64,000 bases of DNA from an uncultured Bacteroidales bacterium (GCA_902798385.1 CADBWK010000008.1:13723-77722), one strand, 5' to 3'; shown: positions 43,492-54,608, counted from the stretch's first letter. Translations and numbers: made by a program. The notes: generated from the sequence alone by a model not told the origin.

Positions 43492-44834
43492 TGATCGTTT
43501 TCACTCATGTTCTTGAAGAACAGATTCACCACATGCTTGGTGACCAAGGTGTGCTTGAGCACTTTGTTAACCTTGTCCGCATGGTTATTGAGTTTCTGCT
43601 CTGATGAGGTGGCGGGCTTTTGCTCTGCCAGCTCCACCTCCTGCTCACGCTTGTCGATCTTGGCCTTCAGGCCCGCCGAAGCATGGTTGTACAGGAAGTT
43701 ATAACACGGTATACTCGTCTTCATGATGTACGGCGTGAGGAAGGTCGTCAGCACGGAGGCTGCGACGATGATCGGATAGATAGCCGGATCAATGACGCCG
43801 AGTTGGTTACCTAAGGTAGCAATGATGAAGGAGAACTCACCGATCTGCACGAACGAGAAACCCGTACACATGGCATCTTTGAGCGTCTCGCCGCCCCACC
43901 AACAACCGAGTGTACCGAAGGTGATCATACCTACGATCACCACTACTGCTACCAGCAGTATCGACGGCCAGTACTCTACCAGCGAGGAGGGGTTGATCAT
44001 CATACCTACGGACACGAAGAAGATCGCTGCGAACACGTTCTTGAGCGACGACATGAGATGCTCGATACGGTGTGACTCCAGTGTCTCTGCCAATACCATA
44101 CCCATTACGAACGCACCGAGGGCACTACTGAAGCCTGCTTCTTCGGCCGTCAGCACCATACCCATACACAAGCCGAGCGCAAGGATGATGAGCGTCTCGT
44201 CGTTGAGGTAAGGACGCGCTTTGCGGATGATGGTCGGGATGACTAAGATACCTACTATAAACCATACCGCCAAAGTAGCTACCAGCACACCGATCGTCTT
44301 CAGCATCACGACCGCATCAAAACTACTGCTCGTAGCGATATTGGACAGCAACACCATCAGCACTACGGCGATGATATCTTCCAGAATCAAGATACTGGTT
44401 GCCCCTTGTACGAACCGCTCTTTGCTCCAGCCCGCTTCGTCGATGGCTTTCATCACGATGGTTGTACTGGACATACAGAGCATCGCTGCCAGGAACATCG
44501 AGTTCATGTTATCCAGTTGCGCGAAACGACCTACGCCGTAGCCCAACAGCAGCATGCCCACCACGATGGTCAGCACACCGATAAATGCGGTCTTACCACT
44601 CTCGAATAGTTTCTTTAAGCGGAACTCCAGACCGATACAGAACAGCACGAACAGCACACCGATCTCACCCCATGCCTTGACGTTCTCGGGGTTAACCAGA
44701 TTCTCGCCCGCTAAATTCGGACCTACTAATACGCCGGCTACAATATAGCCAAGCACTACCGGCTGTTTCAGCCATTTAAACAGCAGGCTTACTACACCTG
44801 CTGTAATCATTAAAATGTATAAATCATGTACCAT
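43476..44834 (-). CDS. Cation:proton antiporter (CPA2/Kef-type membrane domain)
   Basis: 452 aa polytopic protein. The N-terminus reads LLFKWLKQPVVLGYIVAGVLVGP...GLEF, typical of the Na_H_exchanger family. There is no KTN domain. Confidence 0.85.
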   Translation of the reverse strand: MVHDLYILMITAGVVSLLFKWLKQPVVLGYIVAGVLVGPNLAGENLVNPENVKAWGEIGVLFVLFCIGLEFRLKKLFESGKTAFIGVLTIVVGMLLLGYGVGRFAQLDNMNSMFLAAMLCMSSTTIVMKAIDEAGWSKERFVQGATSILILEDIIAVVLMVLLSNIATSSSFDAVVMLKTIGVLVATLAVWFIVGILVIPTIIRKARPYLNDETLIILALGLCMGMVLTAEEAGFSSALGAFVMGMVLAETLESHRIEHLMSSLKNVFAAIFFVSVGMMINPSSLVEYWPSILLVAVVVIVGMITFGTLGCWWGGETLKDAMCTGFSFVQIGEFSFIIATLGNQLGVIDPAIYPIIVAASVLTTFLTPYIMKTSIPCYNFLYNHASAGLKAKIDKREQEVELAEQKPATSSEQKLNNHADKVNKVLKHTLVTKHVVNLFFKNMSENDQKSEK

Positions 44835-44850
44835 ATTGAGATATTATTTG

Positions 44851-47800
44851 TTACAGTCGAATTATTTTCTGCCCGTTGACGATGTATATACCCGGGGCAT
44901 CCGGCAGGGTGTTGTACCTACGTCCTAAGATGTCGTAGATACCACTCTCGCCGACAAGGCTGGTATTGCCCTTCTGCTCATCGGGCAGCTCTTCGTCACC
45001 GAAGAGAACCGGTATGTACTGCGGATCGCTCTTATACTCCGGTGCTCCGGCTCCTCCGGTAGCACGATAGTACACTTTGTTATGCAAGACGTAGCGGTTG
45101 TTGCGTTGCCAGAGGGACTCGAGTGCATCAAACTCCTTATTATAGGTGGCATTGATGTAGAAGCCTATACCGGTCGTAGCCTGTTCAGCCAAAGGCGCTG
45201 TTACCACGCCGGTTGCGCGGTCTATCGTTACGTTAGTAGCAAACGGCAAACCGAGTGTATAGACATCATGCGAAGCATCCGCAGCCAGCATCTGTTCCAG
45301 ATATGAACCCTTGAAGACGCAAGATACGGGCGTGGAAGGCGAGGTGCTTGGCAGGGTCAGCGTCAACGTACCACTCTCATCCTTGACACGGATGATGACC
45401 GGTGTTCCGGCAGGAACGAACTTACCTTTGAGATAATCATTGGTAGCAGGCACTTCCACCGGATGAACACCATCGTCATACCACTGAGAACAGGTGTATG
45501 CATTATAGGTTGCACCACCGCCATCGGCAGGCAGGAGCACATCGAACGGCGCATAGAAAGTAGCGTAATAATAGCCGTCACCACCGTTATGGGTAGCGAT
45601 TTGCAGCGGCATCTCACCATTACCAGCAGTACCGGTCTTCTGCACAGGTTTCAAGCACCACTTGGCATCATCTGTCGGCGACTCGTGATAGTATCGCAGA
45701 TCGTAGATACTGTCTGCCACAGACTGATCGTAGTTGAGGTAACGTCTCGTAGCCGGAGCAGCTCCATCGTGGATCAGCAGTACTGCGCCACCGATATCCA
45801 TAAGGGAGAAGGTGATGGCATTGGCTGAGTTGTCGGACATGACTGCCCGCTGTTTCTTCGAGGTGGTAGTACCATTGTTGGCATCGCCATTCGGATTAGC
45901 AGCCACGTAGAGTCCTTGCGTTTGGATCGTCGAGCGGGGATTGCCGTCCAGCGTTGTATTGCCGTTGAAATAGAAGATAGTGGACGGATCGGTCTCGGTA
46001 GGATCGATCGGCACATCACCACGGGTGGCGGGGGTAATGGTAAAGCCGGTATTTAGGTCATCCTCGTCTCCGTCAAAGACAGCCGAGACACCTTCCTTGC
46101 TAAAGAAGTGCATCGGGATTCCGCCGCTCACGTGCGTTTTCTCGATATCATGCAGATAACCGCTGGCGTAGCGAACAGGACTGATGCCGGACACACCGGG
46201 TTGGCTATGCATGCGGTAGTAACCCGGAGTATAGTGGACGATGTTGGCATCGTTGTACACCACATTCTGGATATCGATGATCTTTCCACCTGCGACCGCT
46301 GTCTCATACGCCGTCTTACCACCATCCGTCAGACCACCGACATAGCCTGCACGCTCGTAGTACGGCTCCAGCAGGTCCATCTCCAAACCGAACCGCCAGT
46401 CACAAGGCGTGGTGCTGAGTTTGGTGTAGTTATCAGAAGGATCGCGGTACACATAATATTTCGTTGCACCGATGTTGACTACAGGATGTACACGGAAATA
46501 ACCGGGTACGTCTCCGGAGACGAGTTCGAAGATCTCATAGCCCGCCGGATAAGAGGTCGGTTTTTCCGTAGTAGAGGGTTCTGCCAACAAGAGGTTCTGA
46601 CCTTCGATGGTGTCACTCATGGTCATTACGTTATGTATACCACCGCTATTCTTGAGCATATAGCGGTTATACATCTTGAAGCCATATACATCGCCGAGCG
46701 GTGTCCAGATGTAGTCATTCGTATAATGCGTCTCACGTCCAGCCATCGATTGCAGTCCCCACGCGTTGGTGTAGTGCGCCAGATACGGCGTGGCACCACT
46801 CTGCGTTTCGAAGGTGTACCACAGGTTTTGGTCTGTACTGGTCACGAAGCCCAGACCGGTGTTAGTCGCCAAGTTTTGGTCGAACGAATAAACGATATTG
46901 ACTACCACATTCTGGTCAATCAATTGCTCATCGGACATCAATTTATCCAGCTTCAGACCCTTATACTTATTATTCATTTCTGTATAAGGCTGACCTTCTT
47001 GCGCGCCATGATGGTAGACGCCCTCTATATAGAACTCGAAGGTACAGTTCGGACGCAAGAACTCATTGGGTACGACCAGTTCGTCGCCGATACTTACCGG
47101 ACCCACGTCCTTGCAATAGGTGTACGACTGGCCATTCCATGTCTCCGTCGTACCTAACTGGTATTTCTCACCGGCAACGTGTGTGCCTTCGCCTGTATTG
47201 ACGGACGTCAAATCACGCTGGGTGGTACCGTTAATGGTCTTCGTTGTGAGGGTACCGGATTCAGTAGCACGATAAGCGATATCAACCGTCTCACCGGTAT
47301 TGGCGATGATCAAGTGATAAATCAAGTCATGGATAGAGAGACCAAATAAGATGTACTTCGTCGGATCAGTAGTGACCGTAGTCTGACCATATCCGCTGAG
47401 GCGATCGGTAAGTCCTGTCTTCTGCAATATACCGTAGTCGTAACCGGTTTTCTTTAATAGCATGAAGGTCGGAGCGCTCCCCTCAGCTACCAGTGTTCCG
47501 GTACCATTCGCATAACTACCGCCTTTATGCTTGATCTTCAGGGCATATGGGTCATTTCCGGTGAAGTACCATATGAACTCCGGATCGCCGGAAAGGGTAT
47601 GACTACCACCGTCATCTATAGCATCGTATATACCATCTGTTGGAGCGCTATCCTTCGCCTTCATCATGTTATCACTATACCAAACGATATTGTACGGCAG
47701 TCCGCCGTTGATATTCATCGCCACATCGATAGACGACGGGTTGCGTGCTACTTGACCTGTACCGGTTTCATTACGCATGTTCGGCACCTTAAACGAGGTC

Positions 47801-50800
47801 TTGTCCATGTCGTAGGCGTTGTAACGCACAAAGACGATGTCGTCGTACAGACCATAGAGGGTGTACAAGATGGTCTGCTCAATAACCGCTGTTTTTCCTT
47901 CGCCGGCAGATCGCGCGAAACCATAGTACAGATAGTCGCTATCATTCAATAGAGGCGTTTGTGCGCTTTCCGGCAGATGGGGGAAGAACTCGTGCGCATC
48001 CGCCTCTTCATTATTCTGCGAAGCGCTGACAGAAAGTATATTTGCATTATTGATGACCCTATATGTGAACTGGTGCTGCACGTCATCATTCAAGATGAGT
48101 TGTGATCCTACTCCGGTAAAGATTCCCGCTTTTTGTTTGAAGTCTGTTTCCGTTACTATATTAGCAGCTGTGGTCGAAGGAATAGTCATGGAGGCACCAT
48201 TGAGGAACTTATACGTGTAATTTTGCAAACCTGTCACTGCCAAAGCATAACCTCCTTCGGAGTGAGAGAGCAGAGCAAAATGATTTGCGCCGTTGTCGGC
48301 GTTAGGCACTTTGATACCAATTGCCATCGGGCTGGGATCCGCCGATGGGTTAGTCGTGTAATTGGCGTGACGATTGAATATCAATATGTCATACGGATCC
48401 GGCGCTTCGTAATAGTCCGAAATAGGATCCGCCGGTGCGGCTAGGAACTTCCACTGCCATTTCTTATCGTCCTCATCAATGGTAGCGGGTTTGTCATCAC
48501 CGGCATAGAGATTAACGCCGGTACCTTGTGAATCGCCTGTAGGTACAACAACCGTTCCGTCAGCCTGCAGATCTTTATTTGCCAACTTGGCGGTAAACCA
48601 TTTGCCTTCCAGTACTCTATCGCCATCGTGGTCAGCATTCGCATCATACTTGTAGCGAACTTGTATTTCGCAGTCATAATCCGTATTAAGCCCTGCAGCT
48701 GCCAACGAACCGGTGATCTGCTTGTCCAACAGACCCGTGGTAACCGTCACTACCTTGTAGGTAAAACTACCGCGCGTACCTATTCTATAATAATACGTGC
48801 CTGCGCGCGGGAGCAGTTTGATGGCATCGGTTAATAGCGATGCGCTCGTCAATGTTCGCTTGAAATCACCAGTGGCGCCTTCCCAAGCAGATGCATCGCT
48901 ATTATCCGAGGTTCCTTCTGCCAGTCCGGTGTAGTAGGTGAAATCCGTGGCTATAGGGCTTTTGAAGTGGTCCGTAATAGCAGGATAGTAATCGCCGGTT
49001 CTCTTGTAACGCAAGGCCTCTTGGCCTTTGTTATTAATGATATGATATTCAAGTCTCTGTGCACGAACGAAGAAGATAGTCTGCGTACCCATCGAACTGT
49101 TTTTGTCCGCTGAGGCTACTGCGTGATTCTCGGGGGCTTGTAAGGTAGTATAACTCTTGTCGCTATTATTAACCAGATTGACGCGTTTGGTATGGTCGAA
49201 ACGCGGCATGAGTTGCATGTTGCCGTTCGCGTCCGAGACAGCCATGAAGGTCTGATTGGAAATCGTCAGATTCGTATGGTCGTAACCCTCGCTGCCTGTC
49301 GCAACAGCAGGATCCCATCCTGCGTAGTTATGTTCGGCCTCCAACGACATGTTTGTCGTGCCACCTGAGCCGGTGTAGTCGCCTATTAAGATACCGTCAT
49401 GTAGATTAGTGGAAGTCTGGTGAGAGGTCACGAACCTACTATCATTTACATTCTGCAACTGGATATTATAAGGGTCGAAGCCTGTTATATCTTTGTATTT
49501 CTTCTTCGTGCCGTATTCCGATAAAGGCTCTGCATCGTTAATATTATCGGAAGTACCCCACTTAATACCCATTTCCTTGTCAATATTCAGGTTCGGCTGG
49601 ATATACCAAAGGTTGAGATCATCTATGATTCCGTCTTTGTTCTCATCTACATTCGTAGAAACATTTGATACTGTCTGCTGACAGGGGTCTAAGATGGCAT
49701 CATATATATTACCGCCCACAGGATCGCTCGCCTCATAGATAGGTTTACTAAAATAGCTGGCATTAGCGGCACCTGTATTTTCCCTGAAGAATCGGCTACG
49801 CAGCAGCACGAGGAACTTGGAGGGAGTTCCGGATTCAGTATAACTGCCGTCACCGTTATCGGTAAAGTGGTACGTATAACTTTTCGCATACTCCTCCTTT
49901 ACGGTATAGGTAACGAACTGGTCATTGAAGGCGCCGCCACTTATGACGCCGGAAGCGGATCTCGGAGGCAGATCACCCAACGAAGTTGAGGTATAGTGTT
50001 TGCCATTGACCTTAATCTGATCGCGCTCGGCGCCGTTCTGCATACGGAGCGTATATTTATGGCAGCCGGTAGCCTTCGTGGCTTGGCTGTAGAACTTATA
50101 CTCTTTTACCAATGGACTGTCGTATGCGCGCAAAGCCGCCAGTTCGTCATCTCCTTCCGGATAGTTTTTAGTCGGCAAAGGCAGACGCATGATCTCCCAT
50201 CCATGAAGGTCAAGCAGCACGAGCACGGGCGGAATCTCGGCACTCTCGATATCGAAAGTACCATTCCCCATAGTGAAGGTCTGGAACCAGTGCTCGATGT
50301 TCTCCACGACTTTCTTTTCCGAACCGTCCGACTTATCGTTATATCCATTCCAACGGGTCGCATTGGCGTAAGCGTTGTAACTATGCCAGTTACCGGAACC
50401 GACGCCTAATGTTTCCAATTGGGTGTTGAGTTCTGTTCTCTTGTCCTCCGGAACGACCCATGTAGTAGGATCATCGCTATATGCATTGGTGTTTTTATTA
50501 ATACCCAAAACGCAGAGTTTGAGCATGTTATAGGTTTTCCAGTACTGCTCGAATGAGGTTACTTTGCGGCGCTCATTGGTGGTACCGTCATCCACGGTTT
50601 CGGTGGTCATCAGTTTGTAGTTACCAGCGCTACCAAGCACCATATATTCAGTAGGAATCGCCGAAGCGACACCCGGCAGCGTACCGCCGGTTACTATATG
50701 TTTGGTAGAAGCCAGCGCATCCTGATTGAAATGCACAGCATAGGTAGTCAGATAGGTGTTATGGCTCACACTATTATAACTAATTGTGCTACGCGAGCGA

Positions 50801-53800
50801 ATACGTACGTGATATGGGTCGTTGTTCTCGCTATCGAAATACCATACCCAACGGGGACGTGTACTCGCTCCACCGTGGAACTGCTCTTTTTGCATATCCT
50901 CGCCGTAGATATTGAGGTTTCCATCACCGTTACAGTACGGATAGACCGCCTGAATCTTCGTCGAGGTTAACCTATCGTTACCATCCTCCAGATGATAGCC
51001 TTCGGCAAGCGGCTCAAGGAACTTCAGCATGTACTGTCCGGTATTGAACTTCACTACGTCGTTCACGTCGTAGGTGACATAGATATCGCTGTAGTTTGCT
51101 TTGGTAATGTTGACATCATAATAGCTATCACTTATCTTATAATAGTGATGACCGGTTGTCGTCAGCGCTTTCGCTTTGTCTTTCATGTCATCCACTGAGG
51201 TGGCCTCATGTTTATTATCAGATGCAGCAGCATTGTAGGCTTCCGCAGTACTGGAGGTCGGCTCATCGTACGTAGCATTCAAATCGTATATGGACGTCAA
51301 CTCTGTAGCCGGAGTTTTCACCGTGTATGTACCGCTGCTGATAGTCATGTTGTCCTGATCATAGAAATGATAGGTGGCTACTAACGGGCTCTGATAATCT
51401 CCCGGCAAGGCAAGGTCCGGGCTCTGGCTGGTGAGTTCCAACAGTTGTTTATGCTGTTTGTCGATGAGATGATAGGTATATGGAATGGTCTGCTCCAGAC
51501 GGAACTTCAGTACATCGTTGCCGTGGAGGTAATGTGCGTTGTCGTATATCTTGACAGTATTCTCCGCCGTACAACCGATATTATAATACGTAGTCAAGGC
51601 ATCCACGCTTGCACCAGTCGCTACCATCACCTCATATACACCGGTTTGCACGCTGGCTTTGGCCACGAAGGGTTGGGCATTGGCTCTGTTGACATCGAAG
51701 GTTAGACCGACATCATTTCCTAAAGAGGAAGCCAATTTGACCCATGCGCCTTTTTGGCGCGTTGCCGAAGTGCCTGTTCCTGCATCATCATATACAGTGA
51801 CCGTCTCGTCCTGTCCGGCGACGCCCAAATCTTGTCTTGCATCCAAGTTATCAACGAGCATCGCGTACGGATCGCGGTTTCGCAATTTCCAGAGGTATGC
51901 ATTCGATTTTAGTTTCGCTCCAGGTGCATCATCAGTCTTAACAGAGTTGTCGCTGGCATCATACCATAAATAGTGGCCGTTAAGCAGCACATTGAATTCC
52001 TGATTCTCGCTCAACTTGATAGGCTTATTATCCAGTCTGGCGGTAGTATAGGTAACGAAGATGTCGTCTGCCACATTGGATGTCTCAGTCACTTCATGGG
52101 TTAACGTGTTTCTTCCTGCACCATCGACATAGTTATCATCGTAGAACGTTACCGTCTCATCGAGGATAAACGGACTGACGATGATGCTCGGCATTGTAGC
52201 GAGCGAGATTGGCGAGAAGATGGTCTGGTTGGCTGTAGCTTTGACAGCAATGCGACCGGACTTATCCACGACATTGTACGATATATCCACTTTCGGCAGA
52301 TTCAGTACTTTCACGCGGGTAGAAGATGTCATGCTGTAGGAAACGGTATTGCCGGTGAAGGACGAAGCCCCTGTGCCCTGAGTGATGGTGATGTCAGAAG
52401 ACGAACCGAATGGTGTATTACCTTCAGCATCATTGTATTCCTGAATGGAAACCGTCATCACTTTGTTTGCACCGCTCGTATTCTCTTTTAATTGTACAAC
52501 AATGGTCATCGTTGTACCCGGTACCTTGCTAACATTGTCTATACTTGGGGTAACCGATTCTATTTGACTTGCACCTGCTCCTCCGGTAGAAATCTTGTAA
52601 TACTTGCTTCCGTTCAGTCCACTGAGATTAATCTTGACGGTCTGCGCATTTTTATCCACACTGGGCGTGCCATCATCCGTTCCGTATGCCACATTCACGC
52701 TCGTCTCTCCTGCATCCCAAGCCCATTTACCTTCATTAGCGTCCTTGTATTTGCGCAGCAGGAAACTGCCTTCGGTAGCATCATGAGGCATATCCCATGT
52801 ATCGTGGGTGCTCAGCGTCACATATCTGTTTGCACCTGCTGTTTCTGTACCTTTTCGATAAAGCACTTTCAACTCATACGGGTCACCCACGAAGGCAAAC
52901 TCGCTCGCCTTCGTATATTCTCCGTTGGCACCATTGTTCTTATAGACCTCATTGGTATCGTCATACTTAATCTTTCTACCATGCTCTTGGGAACTTTCGC
53001 CATCTGTTAGTTCGTACCATGTAGCGGTTGTATAGCTGGCAGACGGCGATATGAACTTCGGAGCCGCAGGAGATACATCATATCCTACATAGACCTGATA
53101 ACCCTCCGTCGCATGTTTGATGGCTTGCGAGAAATGGGTAATCGGTTGAGTGTGTGCCGCATCCTTGTAGAAATTACCGCTGAAAGATATATATTTACGT
53201 TTCAACGCCGCAGGCAAGTATTTGGTCTCGATCTGGTCATGGTCTACAGTGTATTTACTTACTTGGTCTTCAACGGAAACAATATGAGCATCCGAAGGGG
53301 ACTCCGGGTCATAGAACGGGGTCGCGATCTTGAAGGTCACTTTCTCGATGGGATAGATACCCTCTATAGTGAGGTTATCTGTAGAGTTTCCGGTAGCAAA
53401 GTTAAGATTGTTATAATTGTCCTTCTCTTTCAGGTAATAGAGATTGTTCTGGATAGCACCATTGCCGTCCACCGTCCGGGTACCCATAAATACGTAGCCG
53501 TCGTTGCTGGAGTTATTAAGTAGCGTGAAAGAGTTCCATACAACACCATTTTGACCATGATAGTAACCGGGTTTGACGATAGAGTCTGGGGCTGGCGGAT
53601 TGGCAGCTCCAGGAACCCATGGGGTGGTATATTGTTTGTGTTCGTCACTGGCGATATAACAGTTGTTATTGGAACTAACTGCGAATAGGCTACCTTCCTT
53701 GTACCATTTATATACGAAGTTGTTAGTACCTTCGTTTTTCTCTATATACGTAGTATCCTTGGCGTAAGTCGTGCGAATGATGATGTTGTACGGATCTTCA

Positions 53801-54555
53801 CCTTCGAACTTAAACCCGAAGAAGAACTGGCCTCCCACAAGTTTTTCGTCGTTCTTGTTATTATTATCCTTCCAATAGGTACTGATCTTAGTACCCTCTG
53901 CGGACGCTTTTATGAAATCATCGGAGGATAAAATCTCCGGATTGACATTGGCGGTAGGCAGGATAGCGGGACGGTTGTTACGTCCTCGGTTCAGCGCGAA
54001 GAAACCCTTATCTTTGAATGTGCCATTATCTTTGTACTTGGTGTGGATGTTATATTTGACAGACCCGTCTAGTTGGGCTATCGTGTTGGATGCATTGTAA
54101 GTATAAACCACATAGTATTCATTTCCACTAAGTGCCGTTCCTTCCGCAACCGGTGTGGCTGCAGGCGTATCGTCGTTATCTACACCTTTAATCTGGTAGA
54201 GGACACCTTTTATGGGACCATTCGCGAAGAGGTTCTGAGCAGCGCCACTGTTATATTTGACGATATTGGCATCTGTTGCTGCATAATAGGTGAAGCCTGT
54301 AGCCAACGGACTCTTATACTCCGCCGGCAACTCGACAATAGTCTGACCCTTCGCTACGACCTTCACGGCCTCCAAGCGCCAGCCTGTGACGATACCCTTC
54401 ATATGGTAGTCATAAACAGACGGGTCAATCGGCAAAGTCAGAATATGGTAGGTCACATCCGCAGCCCACGCTCCATTCCACGCACTATTCGCCATTCCTC
54501 CTGCCATCAGCAGGAGAACCATCAGTCTCAATATAAATCGCTTCCCTTTCATCAT
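44851..54555 (-). CDS. Giant secreted surface protein G3 (3234 aa), distal gene of the type V pilus operon, with T9SS-like tail
   Basis: Single ORF with signal peptide MMKGKRFILRLMVLLLMAGGMANSAWN. The C-terminus is GIYDILGRRYNTLPDAPGIYIVNGQKIIRL. A motif P-x-(Y/F)-(K/Q)-SP-(L/I)...F-x-(F/Y)-Y recurs through the protein. Confidence 0.9.
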   Translation of the reverse strand: MMKGKRFILRLMVLLLMAGGMANSAWNGAWAADVTYHILTLPIDPSVYDYHMKGIVTGWRLEAVKVVAKGQTIVELPAEYKSPLATGFTYYAATDANIVKYNSGAAQNLFANGPIKGVLYQIKGVDNDDTPAATPVAEGTALSGNEYYVVYTYNASNTIAQLDGSVKYNIHTKYKDNGTFKDKGFFALNRGRNNRPAILPTANVNPEILSSDDFIKASAEGTKISTYWKDNNNKNDEKLVGGQFFFGFKFEGEDPYNIIIRTTYAKDTTYIEKNEGTNNFVYKWYKEGSLFAVSSNNNCYIASDEHKQYTTPWVPGAANPPAPDSIVKPGYYHGQNGVVWNSFTLLNNSSNDGYVFMGTRTVDGNGAIQNNLYYLKEKDNYNNLNFATGNSTDNLTIEGIYPIEKVTFKIATPFYDPESPSDAHIVSVEDQVSKYTVDHDQIETKYLPAALKRKYISFSGNFYKDAAHTQPITHFSQAIKHATEGYQVYVGYDVSPAAPKFISPSASYTTATWYELTDGESSQEHGRKIKYDDTNEVYKNNGANGEYTKASEFAFVGDPYELKVLYRKGTETAGANRYVTLSTHDTWDMPHDATEGSFLLRKYKDANEGKWAWDAGETSVNVAYGTDDGTPSVDKNAQTVKINLSGLNGSKYYKISTGGAGASQIESVTPSIDNVSKVPGTTMTIVVQLKENTSGANKVMTVSIQEYNDAEGNTPFGSSSDITITQGTGASSFTGNTVSYSMTSSTRVKVLNLPKVDISYNVVDKSGRIAVKATANQTIFSPISLATMPSIIVSPFILDETVTFYDDNYVDGAGRNTLTHEVTETSNVADDIFVTYTTARLDNKPIKLSENQEFNVLLNGHYLWYDASDNSVKTDDAPGAKLKSNAYLWKLRNRDPYAMLVDNLDARQDLGVAGQDETVTVYDDAGTGTSATRQKGAWVKLASSLGNDVGLTFDVNRANAQPFVAKASVQTGVYEVMVATGASVDALTTYYNIGCTAENTVKIYDNAHYLHGNDVLKFRLEQTIPYTYHLIDKQHKQLLELTSQSPDLALPGDYQSPLVATYHFYDQDNMTISSGTYTVKTPATELTSIYDLNATYDEPTSSTAEAYNAAASDNKHEATSVDDMKDKAKALTTTGHHYYKISDSYYDVNITKANYSDIYVTYDVNDVVKFNTGQYMLKFLEPLAEGYHLEDGNDRLTSTKIQAVYPYCNGDGNLNIYGEDMQKEQFHGGASTRPRWVWYFDSENNDPYHVRIRSRSTISYNSVSHNTYLTTYAVHFNQDALASTKHIVTGGTLPGVASAIPTEYMVLGSAGNYKLMTTETVDDGTTNERRKVTSFEQYWKTYNMLKLCVLGINKNTNAYSDDPTTWVVPEDKRTELNTQLETLGVGSGNWHSYNAYANATRWNGYNDKSDGSEKKVVENIEHWFQTFTMGNGTFDIESAEIPPVLVLLDLHGWEIMRLPLPTKNYPEGDDELAALRAYDSPLVKEYKFYSQATKATGCHKYTLRMQNGAERDQIKVNGKHYTSTSLGDLPPRSASGVISGGAFNDQFVTYTVKEEYAKSYTYHFTDNGDGSYTESGTPSKFLVLLRSRFFRENTGAANASYFSKPIYEASDPVGGNIYDAILDPCQQTVSNVSTNVDENKDGIIDDLNLWYIQPNLNIDKEMGIKWGTSDNINDAEPLSEYGTKKKYKDITGFDPYNIQLQNVNDSRFVTSHQTSTNLHDGILIGDYTGSGGTTNMSLEAEHNYAGWDPAVATGSEGYDHTNLTISNQTFMAVSDANGNMQLMPRFDHTKRVNLVNNSDKSYTTLQAPENHAVASADKNSSMGTQTIFFVRAQRLEYHIINNKGQEALRYKRTGDYYPAITDHFKSPIATDFTYYTGLAEGTSDNSDASAWEGATGDFKRTLTSASLLTDAIKLLPRAGTYYYRIGTRGSFTYKVVTVTTGLLDKQITGSLAAAGLNTDYDCEIQVRYKYDANADHDGDRVLEGKWFTAKLANKDLQADGTVVVPTGDSQGTGVNLYAGDDKPATIDEDDKKWQWKFLAAPADPISDYYEAPDPYDILIFNRHANYTTNPSADPSPMAIGIKVPNADNGANHFALLSHSEGGYALAVTGLQNYTYKFLNGASMTIPSTTAANIVTETDFKQKAGIFTGVGSQLILNDDVQHQFTYRVINNANILSVSASQNNEEADAHEFFPHLPESAQTPLLNDSDYLYYGFARSAGEGKTAVIEQTILYTLYGLYDDIVFVRYNAYDMDKTSFKVPNMRNETGTGQVARNPSSIDVAMNINGGLPYNIVWYSDNMMKAKDSAPTDGIYDAIDDGGSHTLSGDPEFIWYFTGNDPYALKIKHKGGSYANGTGTLVAEGSAPTFMLLKKTGYDYGILQKTGLTDRLSGYGQTTVTTDPTKYILFGLSIHDLIYHLIIANTGETVDIAYRATESGTLTTKTINGTTQRDLTSVNTGEGTHVAGEKYQLGTTETWNGQSYTYCKDVGPVSIGDELVVPNEFLRPNCTFEFYIEGVYHHGAQEGQPYTEMNNKYKGLKLDKLMSDEQLIDQNVVVNIVYSFDQNLATNTGLGFVTSTDQNLWYTFETQSGATPYLAHYTNAWGLQSMAGRETHYTNDYIWTPLGDVYGFKMYNRYMLKNSGGIHNVMTMSDTIEGQNLLLAEPSTTEKPTSYPAGYEIFELVSGDVPGYFRVHPVVNIGATKYYVYRDPSDNYTKLSTTPCDWRFGLEMDLLEPYYERAGYVGGLTDGGKTAYETAVAGGKIIDIQNVVYNDANIVHYTPGYYRMHSQPGVSGISPVRYASGYLHDIEKTHVSGGIPMHFFSKEGVSAVFDGDEDDLNTGFTITPATRGDVPIDPTETDPSTIFYFNGNTTLDGNPRSTIQTQGLYVAANPNGDANNGTTTSKKQRAVMSDNSANAITFSLMDIGGAVLLIHDGAAPATRRYLNYDQSVADSIYDLRYYHESPTDDAKWCLKPVQKTGTAGNGEMPLQIATHNGGDGYYYATFYAPFDVLLPADGGGATYNAYTCSQWYDDGVHPVEVPATNDYLKGKFVPAGTPVIIRVKDESGTLTLTLPSTSPSTPVSCVFKGSYLEQMLAADASHDVYTLGLPFATNVTIDRATGVVTAPLAEQATTGIGFYINATYNKEFDALESLWQRNNRYVLHNKVYYRATGGAGAPEYKSDPQYIPVLFGDEELPDEQKGNTSLVGESGIYDILGRRYNTLPDAPGIYIVNGQKIIRL

Positions 54556-54608
54556 TACATCATTACATCATTACATCATTACATCATTCCATCATTCCCT
54601 TACCATTG
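54550..54608. repeat. Octamer array (minus strand TAATGATG)x5 plus variants, filling the fimbrillin-G3 spacer
   Basis: The sequence is catcattacatcattacatcattacatcattacatcattccatcattcccttaccattg. It spans from the G3 ATG-ATG to the upstream TAA. Confidence 0.92.
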
